DNA of 64,000 nt from Octopus bimaculoides (GCF_001194135.2 NC_068984.1:58933640-58997639); one strand, 5' to 3'; positions 37,436-50,760 are shown, counted from the first letter of the stretch. The notes: generated from the sequence alone by a model not told the origin. Numbers and translations: made by a program.

Positions 37436-38604
37436 TTTATTTTTTTATTCAAAGAATGTTAACTCGGTTCTTTTTAATATAAACTCATTAAACTCATTGT
37501 GGCTTTCTTGAATTTATTGTCTTTCTTCTTCACAGAGAAAACATTAAAAGAAAATAAAATAGAAAACATGTGTCTGCATAGTGCAGAGACCATAAAGCAA
37601 AATGGCACATAACTGTACCTTTTACACATAAATACAGTAAAATAAATTTTAAATGTGTTAGACTTGTATTTGAAGTGTGTTGAATGATATTCATTATAGT
37701 CCAAAATTAGTTTTTACTCAGCCACATTAATATTTTATTAAAATGAAATTTGCTAAAATCTTATAAACTCAGAGAAGTTGCAACCATAGAAATAGCAAGA
37801 AAACTCAGAAATTGAAAGCAAGGTGATATTTACAATTACCAATAAAGAACATGATACAGCAAACCCTGGTACAGATATTATATTCTATCGGCTGTTATGT
37901 AGTCAATTCTCAGCTCATTTTTCATGCTAGTGGTAGTGGGGCTGGAATGACTTCGTAAATATCACAGTTTTTTCATATTTTTTTATTCCTTAACTCAAGG
38001 ATTTTGTATCTAATAGAACAATTTTAATTTTCTGTTTGTTATGAATGTGTAACTTAAAATATACTAGAATTTTTTTCACTTACTTTTCATGATTAAAAAT
38101 ATTGTTTTTTAAATCTCAACAGAGATATGCAAATTTGAACAAACTAGAATTATTCTTTGAATCACATACATATTAGTCACAACACTTTTCACCAAGAAAC
38201 AAAAATTACAAGCCTTTAGAAACTTCCTCCCTGCCTATTACTTCCCACCAATTACAAATCTGCCGCTATTTCAAAACAAATCTTCCCTGTATTCACCCCA
38301 CCCAGTTATTATCCTCTAATGAAGAGTGTGAATAAAAGCTGTGTTTGCTTGTCATTAACTAACATATAAATTACCATTCAGCTAGTTAATTGCTGAATGT
38401 TCCACTCCCTCCCTGGTAATCCTATAGGCCTACAAAATAAAGTAAATTCTCAAATGAGATGCAGTTTGCCTTGTCATATGATATCAATCAATAATATTTG
38501 AGATGAGAAATATGTGACTAGACCAGAAAGACTATATCCAGCTGGTTGGATCTTCAGGCCATTTCTGTGTATTTAACTGATTATTCCCATGCCACAGAGT
38601 TTGA

Positions 38605-39130
38605 TTAACCCTTTAACATTTGAGGCAGCTATGACCAGCAGCCCAAATATTCTATCTGTTTTATGCTCAAACTGACCAGATCCAGCTTCTCACATCCACT
38701 CTATAATGTCAATATAAAAATAAACAATTCCATCATGGAAATCTCAAAGCTCCAAGATAACGCATGATTAATTAAAAACAATCATCATCATCATCATTTA
38801 ATGTCTGTCTTCCATGCTTGCATGGGTTAGACAGTTTGAGTGGAGATGGTAAGCCAGAGAGCTACTCCAGTCTCCAGAGTATACTGGGTGTCTCTTACAT
38901 GTCACAAGCATGGGTGCCTTTTATGCGTCACCAACATGAGTGCCTTTTACATGTTACCTACATGGGTGCCTTATATGTGTCACTGGTGTAGGTGTCTTAT
39001 TTATGCCACCAGCATGGATGCCTTTTACCTGTCACCAGCACAGGTGCCATTTATGTGTCACTGGCACTGGCCACAACCACAATTTCACTTAGCTTGTTGT
39101 GTTCTCTCAATCTGAATGCTAAAGTGTTAC
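38605..39130. mobile_element. TTAA-flanked MITE copy 3, split by an RTE-type insertion
   Basis: TTAACCCTTTAACATT at 38605; interior like 1048-1275; degenerate end AATCTGAATGCTAAAGTGTTAC at ~39109-39130. Confidence 0.65.
38784..39095 (-). mobile_element. RTE-type 3' end containing ~7 tandem 26-bp units
   Basis: (CAT)n tail at 38784-38797, TTCCATGCTTGCATGGGTT, then units like GGGTGCCTTTTATGCGTCACCAACAT at 38887-39065. Confidence 0.8.
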
Positions 39131-39544
39131 AAAGCTCTGTTCTAGGTCAACCATTCTTCATCCACCCATCTTCAGGGAAACTGTGATTACAGCAGTCACT
39201 ACTATAATTTATACCAGAAATAAAATTCATAGAATAGGTTTATGTGTCATGCTTAAGGTGAATTCTTTCTTACTGTTTTTTGAGTTTATATCCTGCCATA
39301 CCTGGATTTACTTTTTGAGACTGGTGAAAAAATAGTACCAATAATGCAGTGGACATGTATTGTTTACCTACGCCATGCACTTCAAGCGTATCTTTTTTTC
39401 TATCTTTCTAATTACTTTCAAGCTGAATAAGCAAGCAAGAATGGAAAGAGCAAGTACCTTTATAGTCTTAGTGAAAGTATTAATAACAGAGTATAGTTTA
39501 AAAAAAGGAGTAATCTTTATCATCAACAATATTTTGTAGTAAAA

Positions 39545-39750
39545 TAAGATGGCAAGCTGGCAGAATTGTTAGCATGACAGGTAAAATGCTAAATGGCATT
39601 TCATCCATCTTCGCAGTCTAAGTTCAAATTCCGCTGAGGTTGACTTTGTTTTCATCCTTTCAGGATCGATAAGATAAGTTAAATAATGGGGTTGATGTAA
39701 TTGATTTACTCTTCCCCTGAACTTACTGGCCTTGTGCTAAAACTTAAAAG
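39545..39750 (+). mobile_element. SINE-like repeat (GGCAAGCTGGCAGAATTGTTAGCA family)
   Basis: AGTTCAAATTCCGCTGAGGTTGACTTTGTTTTCATCCTTTCAGGATCGATAAG. Confidence 0.75.
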
Positions 39751-39970
39751 CAGTATTATGTAATCAAAATTTATAATAATAATAATGATGATGCTGCAAG
39801 CATATAGTAAAAATGAATTTTAAAAATCTACAAACTTATTGCTATTATAACAGCTATATTTCACTCTTTTGTTTTATTATATATATATATATATNNNNNN
39901 NNNNATACACACACATACTTGTAAATATATATTATCTTACAAATAACTTCCTTTCCTCTTTTACTCTTAG

Positions 39971-40018
39971 TTCTTTGTAGAAAACAGCTAAATATAGACA
40001 TATATGAGTTCAAGAGTG
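39971..40018 (+). CDS. Possible 48-nt internal exon (phase 1 to 1; LCRKQLNIDIYEFKS), product unknown
   Basis: Long pyrimidine tract TTCCTTTCCTCTTTTACTCTTAG (alternative AG at 39979-39980) and GTG|GTAAGT donor; one open frame. Confidence 0.35.
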
Positions 40019-40469
40019 GTAAGTGGAGTCATTTTATGTGTCTTTTCATACACGTCACATATACATCTAGTATTTAATTTTATTTCCATTTTACTTTAGA
40101 AGTGGTGCGCTTTCTACTGACTGAAAAATGCTTTAATATCTTGTTGGAAGAAGCAGATGGAAGAAATGTCAACAAGTTTGTTAGTGCTACTTTAATGACC
40201 TTTAAATTAATCATTGCTTTTGAAAACCAAAAGAAAAAAATTAACAAATGAGCAAAAGAATGTATAAATAGATATATTAATCGATAAATAGGGAGGTGTA
40301 TCGTGTCATTTTATGATCATTAACTATCAAATACTCTAAAATAAAATGTTTCAAAAAACAAAAAGAGTGAATTTCAAGTTGAATCTACTCATAGCAATCG
40401 TTTTTAAAAGAAGGAAAGGGTATGCTCCATTTTACAAAGGTGGAAATATTATGAATTATAGGTTCCAGC

Positions 40470-40880
40470 CTTGCAATATCAGCTGCAAACTCGGATGTTG
40501 CCACCTGTAATGTGGAGGAGGGAAAAATCAATACAGGTACCTCGATGTCTGCTTTCAGTTTGTGCCAGTAACTGTCGAGACGTCAGGTGTTCTAGGACCC
40601 TGTATTACCGATTTCATCCACAAAATAGTGACAGTAACAGCCCATCAGAGAAATGAGCCCTGCAAGGGGGAGTGGATGTGGCAGCAAGTGTCACTGGCCA
40701 TTCTCTGCACAGTACAACTGACCACACCATTTGTTCTGGGATATGTGGCCCATTGTCCCCTCCCCCATCATCTTCTGCTACTTTGCTCTCTCCCCACCAT
40801 TTTTTCTTTTTCTTTCTTTTCTTTTCTTGGCTTTCTACTTTCTTGATTCTTTGTATTTAAATGTTCTAATGAAATAAAAA
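40470..40880 (+). pseudogene. 3' remnant of an RLE-type non-LTR retrotransposon (CRE-like)
   Basis: KNQYRYLDVCFQFVPVTVETSGVLGP...EWMWQQVSLAI resembles the K..KY...F.PVAVET.G..G...QR.S.A restriction-like endonuclease end; followed by a CT-rich tract and AATGAAATAAAA. Confidence 0.7.
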
Positions 40881-41229
40881 TTATTTATTAAGAGTAACAA
40901 ATGCAATGCAGCTGGTTTAGATTTGACTTTTGTTAAGCAGCTATTTTCCAAAATTCATGTCACCCGGGTTAATGAGTATCTTTGATTTTGAAATATGAAG
41001 CAATTATGCCTGGAATAAGTAAATATCTATTCATTACGGATCTATTGTAGTTTTCATGTGCCATATGTTGCTTCAGACTGTCTTGTTTGATGTACAAATG
41101 GAATACTAGTGTTCAGATGGATACAGGAAACAAAGGAATAAGAAATGTCACATTGTCATTAACAATTGATTTAGTTATTCTAGAAGATTTTAGTTGTTAA
41201 GGATGAATCAGACTTGTGGTCAAAGGTAT

Positions 41230-41575
41230 TTCAGCTGTGGCATGGTTAAGATGTTCACTTTGCAATTATGTGGTTTTGAGTTCAGTCTCACTGTGCTGCA
41301 TCTTGGGCAAGTGTCTTCTACTACAGCCCTGGGCTGACCAATGTTTTGTGAGTGAATTAGTTAAGCAGAAAATGTGTGGAAGCATATCATGTGTGTGTGT
41401 TTGTGTTTGTTTACGTTCTTGTAACTTAGTGGTTAGATAAAACAGACTGATAGAATATGAAACAGACTTTAAAAATATTAAGTCTTGGCATTCATTTGTT
41501 TGACTAAACCCTCCAGGGGGGTGCCCCAGCATAGCTGCAGTCCAGTGATTGAAACAAGTAAAAGTAAAATATCTA
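41230..41575 (+). mobile_element. Near full-length tRNA-derived SINE
   Basis: Same family as 32465-32850; ends ACTAAACCCTCCAGGGGGTGCCCCAGCATAGCTGCAGTCCAGTGATTGAAACAAGTAAAAG. Confidence 0.85.
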
Positions 41576-44500
41576 GGACCACACTATCCAATGCATTCTT
41601 AGTTTTTTTTTTTTTTTTCTTGCTTTTTAAAGTAAAGCATAATTTTGAAGATGATTTGACAACTGGCTCCATAAAAGCTGGCTTATTTTCTCACAGAACG
41701 CTTTTGCTTTCTTACATTGTAACTGAGAAGTCAAGTCAGTATGGCATGACATATTATTCTACAGACTATTTTCATTGTAAGTTTAATCACAGGAGGAGAG
41801 CAGTTCCCAGGACATTTACAGTCTTTACAAGACTAGTGATATTGATGAGGCTCTGGAGGGAAATCCAGGGAGTTAAAAACTGGGAAGGAAGGATTTGGAA
41901 AAGTGTTTAGAACAGTGTCTGGGAGTGAGACAACACTATGAGAGTAGTGGGAGCAGGAGGCAGTTAGACCAGGTATCCTTAGGTAGAAAGAGTACTTTAG
42001 AGAAACAGGAACCATTGTAAATAGTGACAGAAGAAACAACACATCTATCAATTTGTGCATGGTAGTGTATTGGCAAGTGAAATCTTGCCAATCAGTCAAA
42101 TGATGTCTTTTAGGTGTGGTCTAGGATGAGTGTTACCAGAAGATAACAATACAAGAAGTACGTAAAGTGACTCAACTGGATATTGAACTTACATTACTAG
42201 CTAGCATGCTGATAGCTGATAACCATTGACTACTCTGCAGTACTTTCACAAGATTTAGATAATTGAATTCATTCCTATGAGCTGTACAGTGGTCAAATGG
42301 ATATGCTATCAGCTTCTTAACTTGTGGGTTGCGACTTCATATTTTTTTACAGTTCTTTTTGTGTAACCCTGATCTAGCTAGACATATGATCAAAGGCTTT
42401 CTAACCATAACCAACCTTTTTTGATTTTTGTTTTTGTTTTTTGTCAGACATAATGTATCTAAAACTATCTGATATATACTTCCTTTTTCAAAATATGGTT
42501 TCATTTGGGGGAGATTTCTTCATTTGTTGATACAGCTGTATGACTGAGCAGGGCATGTCATTCTGTTACCTTTGACCTGAAAAGGCAATTAATGCAATCG
42601 TTTTTCAGTAATATCAGAAATAGTTCAGCAAAGTAATTGTTGCAGCATTTAACATACCAAACTTTTATCAAGGTGCAATTTTCTTTATACTGTATCCACT
42701 ATAAGCTCAATTCAAATTAAGCAGACATTAATAGAGCTGCTGCTGCCTCTATTGTTACTGTTGTTGTTATTACTATTGTCAGAGTTATCATTGTTTTCAT
42801 TGTCAGCAACAATCCTCTCATTATTAGAAATGTGTCTACCTACAGATGGATGGCTGCGTCTGGTGGTTCTAATGTAGTATAGACTATTGTACATCAACTA
42901 TTACATGTGGTTCACCATCAGAACCTAAGCCCAGATCCAATGGCAAAAGGAAACTGGCTGAGGTTCAATAATGAAGTGACTTCTCTTTCTCATTGTCTTC
43001 TTCTAGGCTCACAGAAGGAATTAAACTCAGTACAACAAGCTAACAAAATATTAATTAATTCTACAATGTTACCACTGCTAACAGTAGTGTGTTATTCTTA
43101 ACCAAGTAATGTCTATTCACTACTAGGTGGACTTGGTTATTTGACAGTTAAATGTCTGTAACTTGCATTATTTCAGTTTTTTTTGTTTTTTTGTTTTTTT
43201 CAGTTTAGATTGTTGCTCCTTCTAGAGATCTCCATTTTTATCATCAGCATAGCATACATTGTTTAATGATGGTTTTATTTGAATGGATTTGCAAAATAAC
43301 CTTTCCCATCCTTGTCAGTTATTCAGGAAGCGAACCCATAACCTTCTTTGCACACCCTCTTTTCACCTGCTTTTCAGTATTATCCATGAATTTATTACTG
43401 ACTGAAGTAACAATTTCATTTGTCCAATTAATTATGTGAGAAATTTCACCAATTCACTTGTGAGAATAGGTTATTGTGAAATTTCTGAATCTTATCTTAA
43501 TTTATCTTTTAAAAAGATTTAGTCCAAATAGAAAGAACAAGTAGAGGAAGGAAATTGAGGAGTCTTTAATCCCTCCTGCAGGCAACTTTTCTTGTATCAG
43601 TAGCACAATAAGATGCACCCTGTTCACACTGTAAAGTGGCTGATAGGAAGAGCACTCAACTGTGTTGGTCAGTTTTCGCCATTGTTGTATGTGCCAGATG
43701 ATAAGGGGCAATTCATAGTGAGACCCATCCAACTCATGTCACATAAATAAGAACAAATAAATACAAGTTTGATAAGTCTGTTCTATGACAAGAAGTCTCC
43801 ATCAGTGATGAGCACTGTTGATTTCAAGGAGTGGGTAACAGGAAATTATGATGTTCATGGTTCAGTACATTATGGGAATAAATGAAATAGTTACAATATT
43901 TCAAACATGGTTTATACACTGAGTTTGTTGGCACTTTAACAGATATTAAGGCATTTGTCATATCATCATGCACAATGCTATTTTTATGGCATATATGCCC
44001 TGCACTCAGTAAGTATAATGACTTTGTACCTTTTACTCAGTCCTTATAACCTGCGGCACCAGTTAATGTATAACATTAGTTCATTGTGTACTTGTCTTAT
44101 AGTGAATACTGTAGAATAAGAGATAATGCTCTTTGAAAACTGAACCTGTGATCTGGTTTAGATTTGAATTTTGTTAAGCTGCTAATAGCTTTTAGAAAGA
44201 TAGCAATGTCACAATCCCAACCTTCCTCTCTTTTGAAGCTAACAGGGTTAATGACTATCTTTGATCAATAAAGATGAAGCAATTGTGCCTAGAATAATAA
44301 ATATTTATCCCTCATGGTTTAATGTACTTTCCATATGTTGCCATTCCTCTACTATCTTGTTTGTACAAGGATTTAATCTTAGGCTTCTTTAGTTTCAGTT
44401 TATCTTCTGTACCAACTCAATTAACTTTCAATTCTGATATTTTCTAGATTAATTCCTAAGAAAATATTCACCACATAACTGATGAAACATATTCCAATTT

Positions 44501-45377
44501 CATATGTGATTCTCACAAAAATATATTAATTTTCATGCCTCTTTGTTCTTTACCAATACTGCTATCTTCGTTTCACCTAAATCTATAATTTAGTTGAGTA
44601 CAATTTTATTTGGCTTTACTTATTTCTAAATCTCTATGACAGCTACATAAGTAGACACAGCCTTCTATATATTGCTCTTAGTTTCATAAAGCAGTATATA
44701 TTCAATATTCTCTTTATCAGCTTTCTAAATTTTAGTGCTCACAATTTAACTGAATGCTTCTGAACAATATTAATATCTAAATGGAAATGGATGGAAAGTT
44801 ATATATATGTGCAAAAAAGAAGAAATCTCTCTTTCCTCTTTAAATCAAGATCTGGAGATTTTATTTGTGTTCATTTAAAATACATTAATATCAATATCTA
44901 GTTTTGTATATTACTATTCCAGTATAACCTTTCTATTTCCCTTTGATGTTTCCCTAAGAAATTGTTCTTTTTCACAAGAATATCTGATACTTATTTTGTT
45001 ATATTTAACTCTTCCTTTGCCTTTTCATATTTCCTAAACTTCCAAATTTCAACCAAGAATGGAATATTTCTTTACAATACTAATGAATATTAACACAACT
45101 CAGTTTAGATTTTCTCAACAGAATGTCACCCAAAGGATTGGAAGTTTCTGGCTATTGTCAGTGTTTTGATGCATTTATGGCTAAGTCTCTTGACTCTTGG
45201 TAGTTCAGTTCACTAGACTACAAATATATGCCTTGAGTTGGTACAACTCACTGCTGGGAGAACTAGTGTCACTGTATTATTGACTGGTTTTTCATTAGCT
45301 TATAATATTGTATTCTACTGTCTACAAAGATAAATTACTCTAGATACTCACTAAAGTAATAATCTAATATATTCACT

Positions 45378-46340
45378 TACGGGGGTTGGCCAGAATGTTC
45401 ATAAGTTGACTGTGATACTCTCATGGAATTTGACCAAATGAGGTTATTTTTCAGCATAGTCCTCCTTGCAATCCATACACTTATTCCATTGATGTTGTAC
45501 TATTTGGACCCCATTGGTGAAGAAGCTTTCTTCCTGTTGGTTAAAAAAGTTAGTAGCAGATATGACATCATTATCACTGTGACACTGGTTCCCAGCCAGA
45601 CGATGGTCAGATGGGGCTAAATCAGGAAAATAGGGAGGGTAATCAACCAGTTCAAAGCCACAGTCATGCACAGCAGCCACTGAAACCAAGGACTTATGTG
45701 TTGAATCATTGTCCTGTTGAAACAAGACCCCTTTCATAAATTTCCCTGGGTGTTTGGTCATGATAGTCTTTCATAACTGCCTCAGGAAGCTGGCATAGTA
45801 TTCTCCATTGATGATGCAGACCTTATGAAGATAGTCAATAAACACAATGTTTTTTTGCATCTCAAAAAAAACTGAGGCTGTCACTTTCCTTGCAAATGAA
45901 ACGACCTTGGCCTTCTTTGGAGTAGGTGAGGAGGATTGTTTCTACTGCATCAATTGTCTCTGTCTTTGGCTCAAAGTAATGAAGCCCTCACTCATCCTGG
46001 GTTAGGAAACACTCAAGTAAACCAGCTGGATCTGCCTGAAGCAATGTCAAATTTTCCTGTGATATGATAAGCCTGGTGCACTCTTGATCAGGTGTCAGAA
46101 GACGAGGCACCCACAGAGCAGAAGCCTTCAAGACTCTCCCTTCCCCTCCTGCCCATTTTGCATTGTTGATAAAGCTAGAGTGTCATCTCCTGATGTATCA
46201 ACCATGTCAGCATGAATGTCGTTAGATCTGAGCCCTTTTCCTGAAGGTACTTGATAACACCAAGATGTCAAATGTTATCTATTTCCAAGTTACACAGTCA
46301 GACTCTCAAGTCACTTACCTTGAGTCTGTTGTTCATTTTA
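45378..46340 (-). mobile_element. Degenerate mariner (DD34D-type) transposon
   Basis: Minus-strand GVIKYLQEKGLRSNDIHADMV (N-terminus), GVLFQQDND, YPPYFPDLAPSD (YSPDLAPSD motif) and KEDYAEK; TA followed by CGGGGG TIR start at 45378. Confidence 0.9.
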
Positions 46341-46699
46341 AAAATAACAATTATCAACATGACAATACAGAATCATCAAATTTTATCAATCAACAAGAGT
46401 CCATTTGCACAAGTTATTCAAGAACAAAGGCAACAAGCTAACAAACCAGCAAATGTTGTTGGCAATACATGCTGTTTGGAACAGGTCACAATCATAATTC
46501 TGGAAGCTATAAGACTGAATGTCAAGAGATTGAAAAACTGAAAATTTGGAATATTGAAAGATGGATTACTGAATATCATAATACCAATAGATCAAAACTC
46601 TGAATTAAGTCACAGGAAAATATAAGCAAAACAGTTTTTAAAGACATTTATTCATAGTTTTAAAAGGGTATGTATTTGGGTGTGTATTAAAATATATTT

Positions 46700-47480
46700 A
46701 TTTACTTTAAAAGAAAGACTGAATGTCAATAGGATTTTTCCCTGTCAAAGACACACTCCAGCCCAAACCATCACAGATAAGGGTTTTTGAGTGAGGTGAA
46801 TATTTCTGGCATCCTCTGGACATGACTGAACGTTTTCTGCAAGGACCCTGTCATTTTGGCTGCTGTGAGCTTCTTCAACAGTAAACAACTTCTTGTCTGC
46901 AAAGTGCACATTGTCCAAGCCATGAGTATTGAGCTGCTCAAGCAGTGCATGACTTCTTGTAAGTCTCTTTCCCTTCGAAGAAGTTGTTAGGCTGTGAACG
47001 TTTTGGCATTTCAATGAAGTAAGTCAAGTCCCAAGTTGCTTTTGACAACTTACCTCAATGATTCTCTTGAGACTCCCAGCTCAGCAGCCATCTTTCTCAT
47101 GGAGTGCCTTGGATTTCTGTGAACTCTGAAATTGATGATTTTCTGGAGCCTGGAAGTCCCGACTGACCTGGAACATTCTGTTCTCGCTCAATCTTGAACT
47201 CCTCCAGTGTCCCTGAATCAATTAATTTTTCAGCCAGTTGAGAAGATTCAAACTTCCTGATGGTGACTTACCAGTTTGATGTAGATCAACTATAGCAGAT
47301 CATTCATGTTTGATTCTGATTTTGGACAAAATTATATCTCTTAGCTTAAAGGTGAGTTCAGAACCTGAAAGAAGACAAAAAAAATCTTTAAAACAATATA
47401 AAATAATGATAAAATTACCACTTTTTTATGTTAAACTAAGAACCTCAAAAACTGTAACAGAACTTTTGTGTGACCTTGTA
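46700..47480 (-). mobile_element. 3'-truncated maT-like (DD37D-type) transposon
   Basis: RNPRHSMRKMAAELGVSRES (HTH), HFADKKLFTVEEAHSSQNDRVLA and SVMVWAGV; putative 5' TIR TACAAGGTCACACAAAAGTTC ending at 47480. Confidence 0.85.
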
Positions 47481-49385
47481 GAATACATCCATTCTTTAAA
47501 TTCTCTCGGCATTGAATAAAATACTAACACATATTCTAATATTTCATTGCTTGTATACCTACATTAAACTTGGAATAATCAAAATTTCTCTGTTTAGGCT
47601 AGTTTCAGCACTAAATTCACTTTAATTCTAATAACCTCTCTGATCATTTACTTATAACTGTCAACTAATTTGCAATAGAAACTATTATCAGTTAAAATTT
47701 TTATATAAATATGTTTGCAAACAACAAATGTTTGCATGAAGAAATGATTATAATCCTAACAATACAAAGAAAGATAAGCAGTGTATGAGACTAATTTTTA
47801 TGTTTTCAAAATTCAGTATTTTGAAACTTGGTCTTTTGATTGCTAGTTAATGTTTGAAAATAATCAATAATAAGAAAATTCAAAGAATGGAAGTATTTTA
47901 TATGCGAACTAATTACTTATGTGATTATGTGTTCTTTAGCATCATATTTCTTCCTGCATTACATGTGTTTTTTAAATAAATGTTTTAATGATTTCCTAAT
48001 AAACCCCCTTTTAAAAATATGAATACCATTTTTCTTATTTTTACCTAAAATATTTCAAAAGAAAGCTAAAGGAGATAACTCAAATGAACCAGTAACATGT
48101 ATTTAGATAATTCAGATAGGTGGAAATGTATTGAATGACATATGCAAAATATTCTTAATGAATTGAAATTTGATGCTTAGATTGTTGATGTTGTTGCAGA
48201 TTCTTCATCACTTAAATATACACCCACGTTTTGTCAAATTCAGTGCTATGTGACTTTCTCAATACAGCTACTACCAAATTTTGTATCTCATATTTTCTCT
48301 TAATGTTGGTGAGAGTTTGTTGGAGTTGTTTTTGTTTCATTACTTCTTCAAAGCCATGTTATTACTGACTCATAATACTACACATAAACTCTCTATTCTT
48401 CACTGTCCTTTGGTTACTACTCTAGAAATACATAATTCTGCATAATTTAATTCTTTATCAGTCAATATTACTGTCAGCTTGAAGTCAGCAATCAATGAGT
48501 TGTTATGGTTTTACATATTGATGCGTTTTGAATATTATTGGAAAACACTCCTTTTTCTCTTTGTTTTGTTTTTTTATTTTCACATGTAGTTGTTGCTTGT
48601 TGATATCATATAGCAAAGACATATGCTAATATTGTATATGTTGCTTGTGTCAGTACTTACTATCTTTACTAAACAAAGATTACATTGAGACTGTTTTTCA
48701 GACTGTTTTCCTCATCTTGTTTTTTTTTTGTTTTTGTTTTTTTGTGGTTTTCATCTTGTGACATGTTGTTCATTTCAATTCCTATTTTCTGATGTAGTGT
48801 TTTTGGTGGTATTTCTGCTCTGAATTAGGCTTTGCATCTGAAACCTTTATTTTTTCCTGCTGTCTTCTTTTCTGAGTAGTTAAAAGTTTTGTCATATTAT
48901 TGTTCCAAAAGACAGTAATATTTCTAATTTAACATACTTTTGACTTAATCATTTGTCTTCTACATCAGGTCCTAAATGGATAATATTTATTCAGAGATGA
49001 GTTTATCATAGAAATACTCATCTCCAAAAGTATAAAGATTATTCTATTTGTTAACTGTGTCAATGTTATACCATTTAATTGTAGATGTATTAACTGAAAT
49101 TAATTGCAATGTTACACAATTTATCTAATGAGTATGTTTCTATGGTAATCAAATGTTATCTGATTCTATGGTAATCAAATGTTATCTGATTCATACTTCT
49201 ATCCTAGCTTCATGTTCATTCTTCCTGCTCACATTTTCCCTCCATATATTGTCATCTTGTAATAAATTTAACCTAACCACCAACTGTATCACTATCACTC
49301 AATTTTTTCTGTCCTTCAGTATTGAAGGGCCTGAAAAAATGAAAGGACTAAGGACACTGCTTAAGTTCCTCTACCTCATGTTAAA

Positions 49386-49978
49386 CATCATCATCATCAT
49401 CGTTTAACGTCCGCTTTCCATGCTAGCATGGGTTGGACGATTTGACTGAGGACTGGTGAAACCGGATGGCAACACCAGGCTCCAATCTAATTTGGCAGAG
49501 TTTCTACAGCTGGATGCCCTTCCTAACGCCAACCACTCAGAGAGTGTAGTGGGTGCTTTTACGTGTCACCCGCACGAAAACGGCCACGCTCGAAATGGTG
49601 TCTTTTATGTGCCNNNNNNNNNNNNNNNNNNNNNNNNNNNNNNNNNNNNNNNNNNNNNNNNNNNNNNNNNNNNNNNNNNNNNNNNNNNNCCAGGGGCACT
49701 GGCAACGATCTCGCTCGAAAATCCTACGGGAGCCAGTCAGGCGGTACTGGCAACGGCCACGCTCAAAATGGTGCATCTCATGTGCCACCCGCACAAGAAC
49801 CAGTCCAGGGGCACTGGCAACGATCTTACTTGGCTTGCCGGGTCTTCTCACGCACAGCACATTTCCAAAGGTCTCGGTCAGTAGTCATCGCCTCGGTGAG
49901 GCCCAATGTACGAAGGTCTTGCCTCACCACCTCAGCCCAGGTCTTCCTGGGCCTACCTCTTCCACGGGTTCCCTCAAC
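49386..49978 (-). mobile_element. Young 5'-truncated RTE LINE copy with 7-bp TSD
   Basis: Near-identical to the 3' end of 18126-18954; TGTTAAA at 49379-49385 and 49979-49985. Confidence 0.95.
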
Positions 49979-50439
49979 TGTTAAAAAATGAAAATTAATG
50001 TCCAGAAAATTGTCACAGTTGTTGCTCTTGATTGTGTATCAAAAGATTTAACAAGTTGATTTGGTTGAAGTGAAACCAATATCTGACATAAGAATACAAC
50101 ATAGTTTAATATTTTAAGTTACCAAATAAAGTACATTTATCGTAGGATCCAGCTTCTAAAGCTGAATATTACCTAGTTTCATACACCTCACATAAGACAG
50201 GTTAAGTGAAATGTCTGTACTGAGTGACTCTTATCCTTAAAGATCTGATGAAAGCAACAATCTCCTTTGCTTGTCTTTTAAATTTTAAACACTTCCTAGA
50301 AGGAGTATTTTTATTCTACTAATTTATTCAGTTGCTTGTTTTAAATTTCAGATATGCCCAAGAGGGCATATCTTCCTCTGACACCTACTTCCTCTCTTCA
50401 CTCCTATCTACCTTCTCTTTTCATTGATACCTCCTCCAT

Positions 50440-50760
50440 CCACACACCCCTACACATCCCACTGCCACACACCCCACACCCTCACCCCACCCCACATCCT
50501 CAGCTCACACCCACATCCCACCATCACATCCCTACACCACCACACCACATCACACCACCCCACACCACATCACACCACCCCACACCACTCCACACACACT
50601 AGCACTGACCACTTCCCAGCACCCACACCACACACCATCGTCTGCACACCTACACACCATCATCTGCACACCCCCACACATGCACACATCCACACATCAA
50701 AGTCACTAGCCCCTATCCACATGTACACACACACACACACACTCACATAGACACATGCAC
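50440..50760. repeat. CAC/CCA-rich low-complexity tract
   Basis: Almost only C and A; source of the His/Pro/Thr pseudo-ORFs. Confidence 0.9.

Noticed and set aside
49138-49192. Perfect 26-bp tandem duplication (also 20 bp at ~36481, 19 bp at ~53326, 18 bp x3 at ~54121)
   Set aside because: Ordinary slippage duplications without spacers; not CRISPR-like.
50354-50750. His/Pro/Thr-rich ORFs
   Set aside because: CAC-rich low-complexity DNA with no splice or codon evidence.
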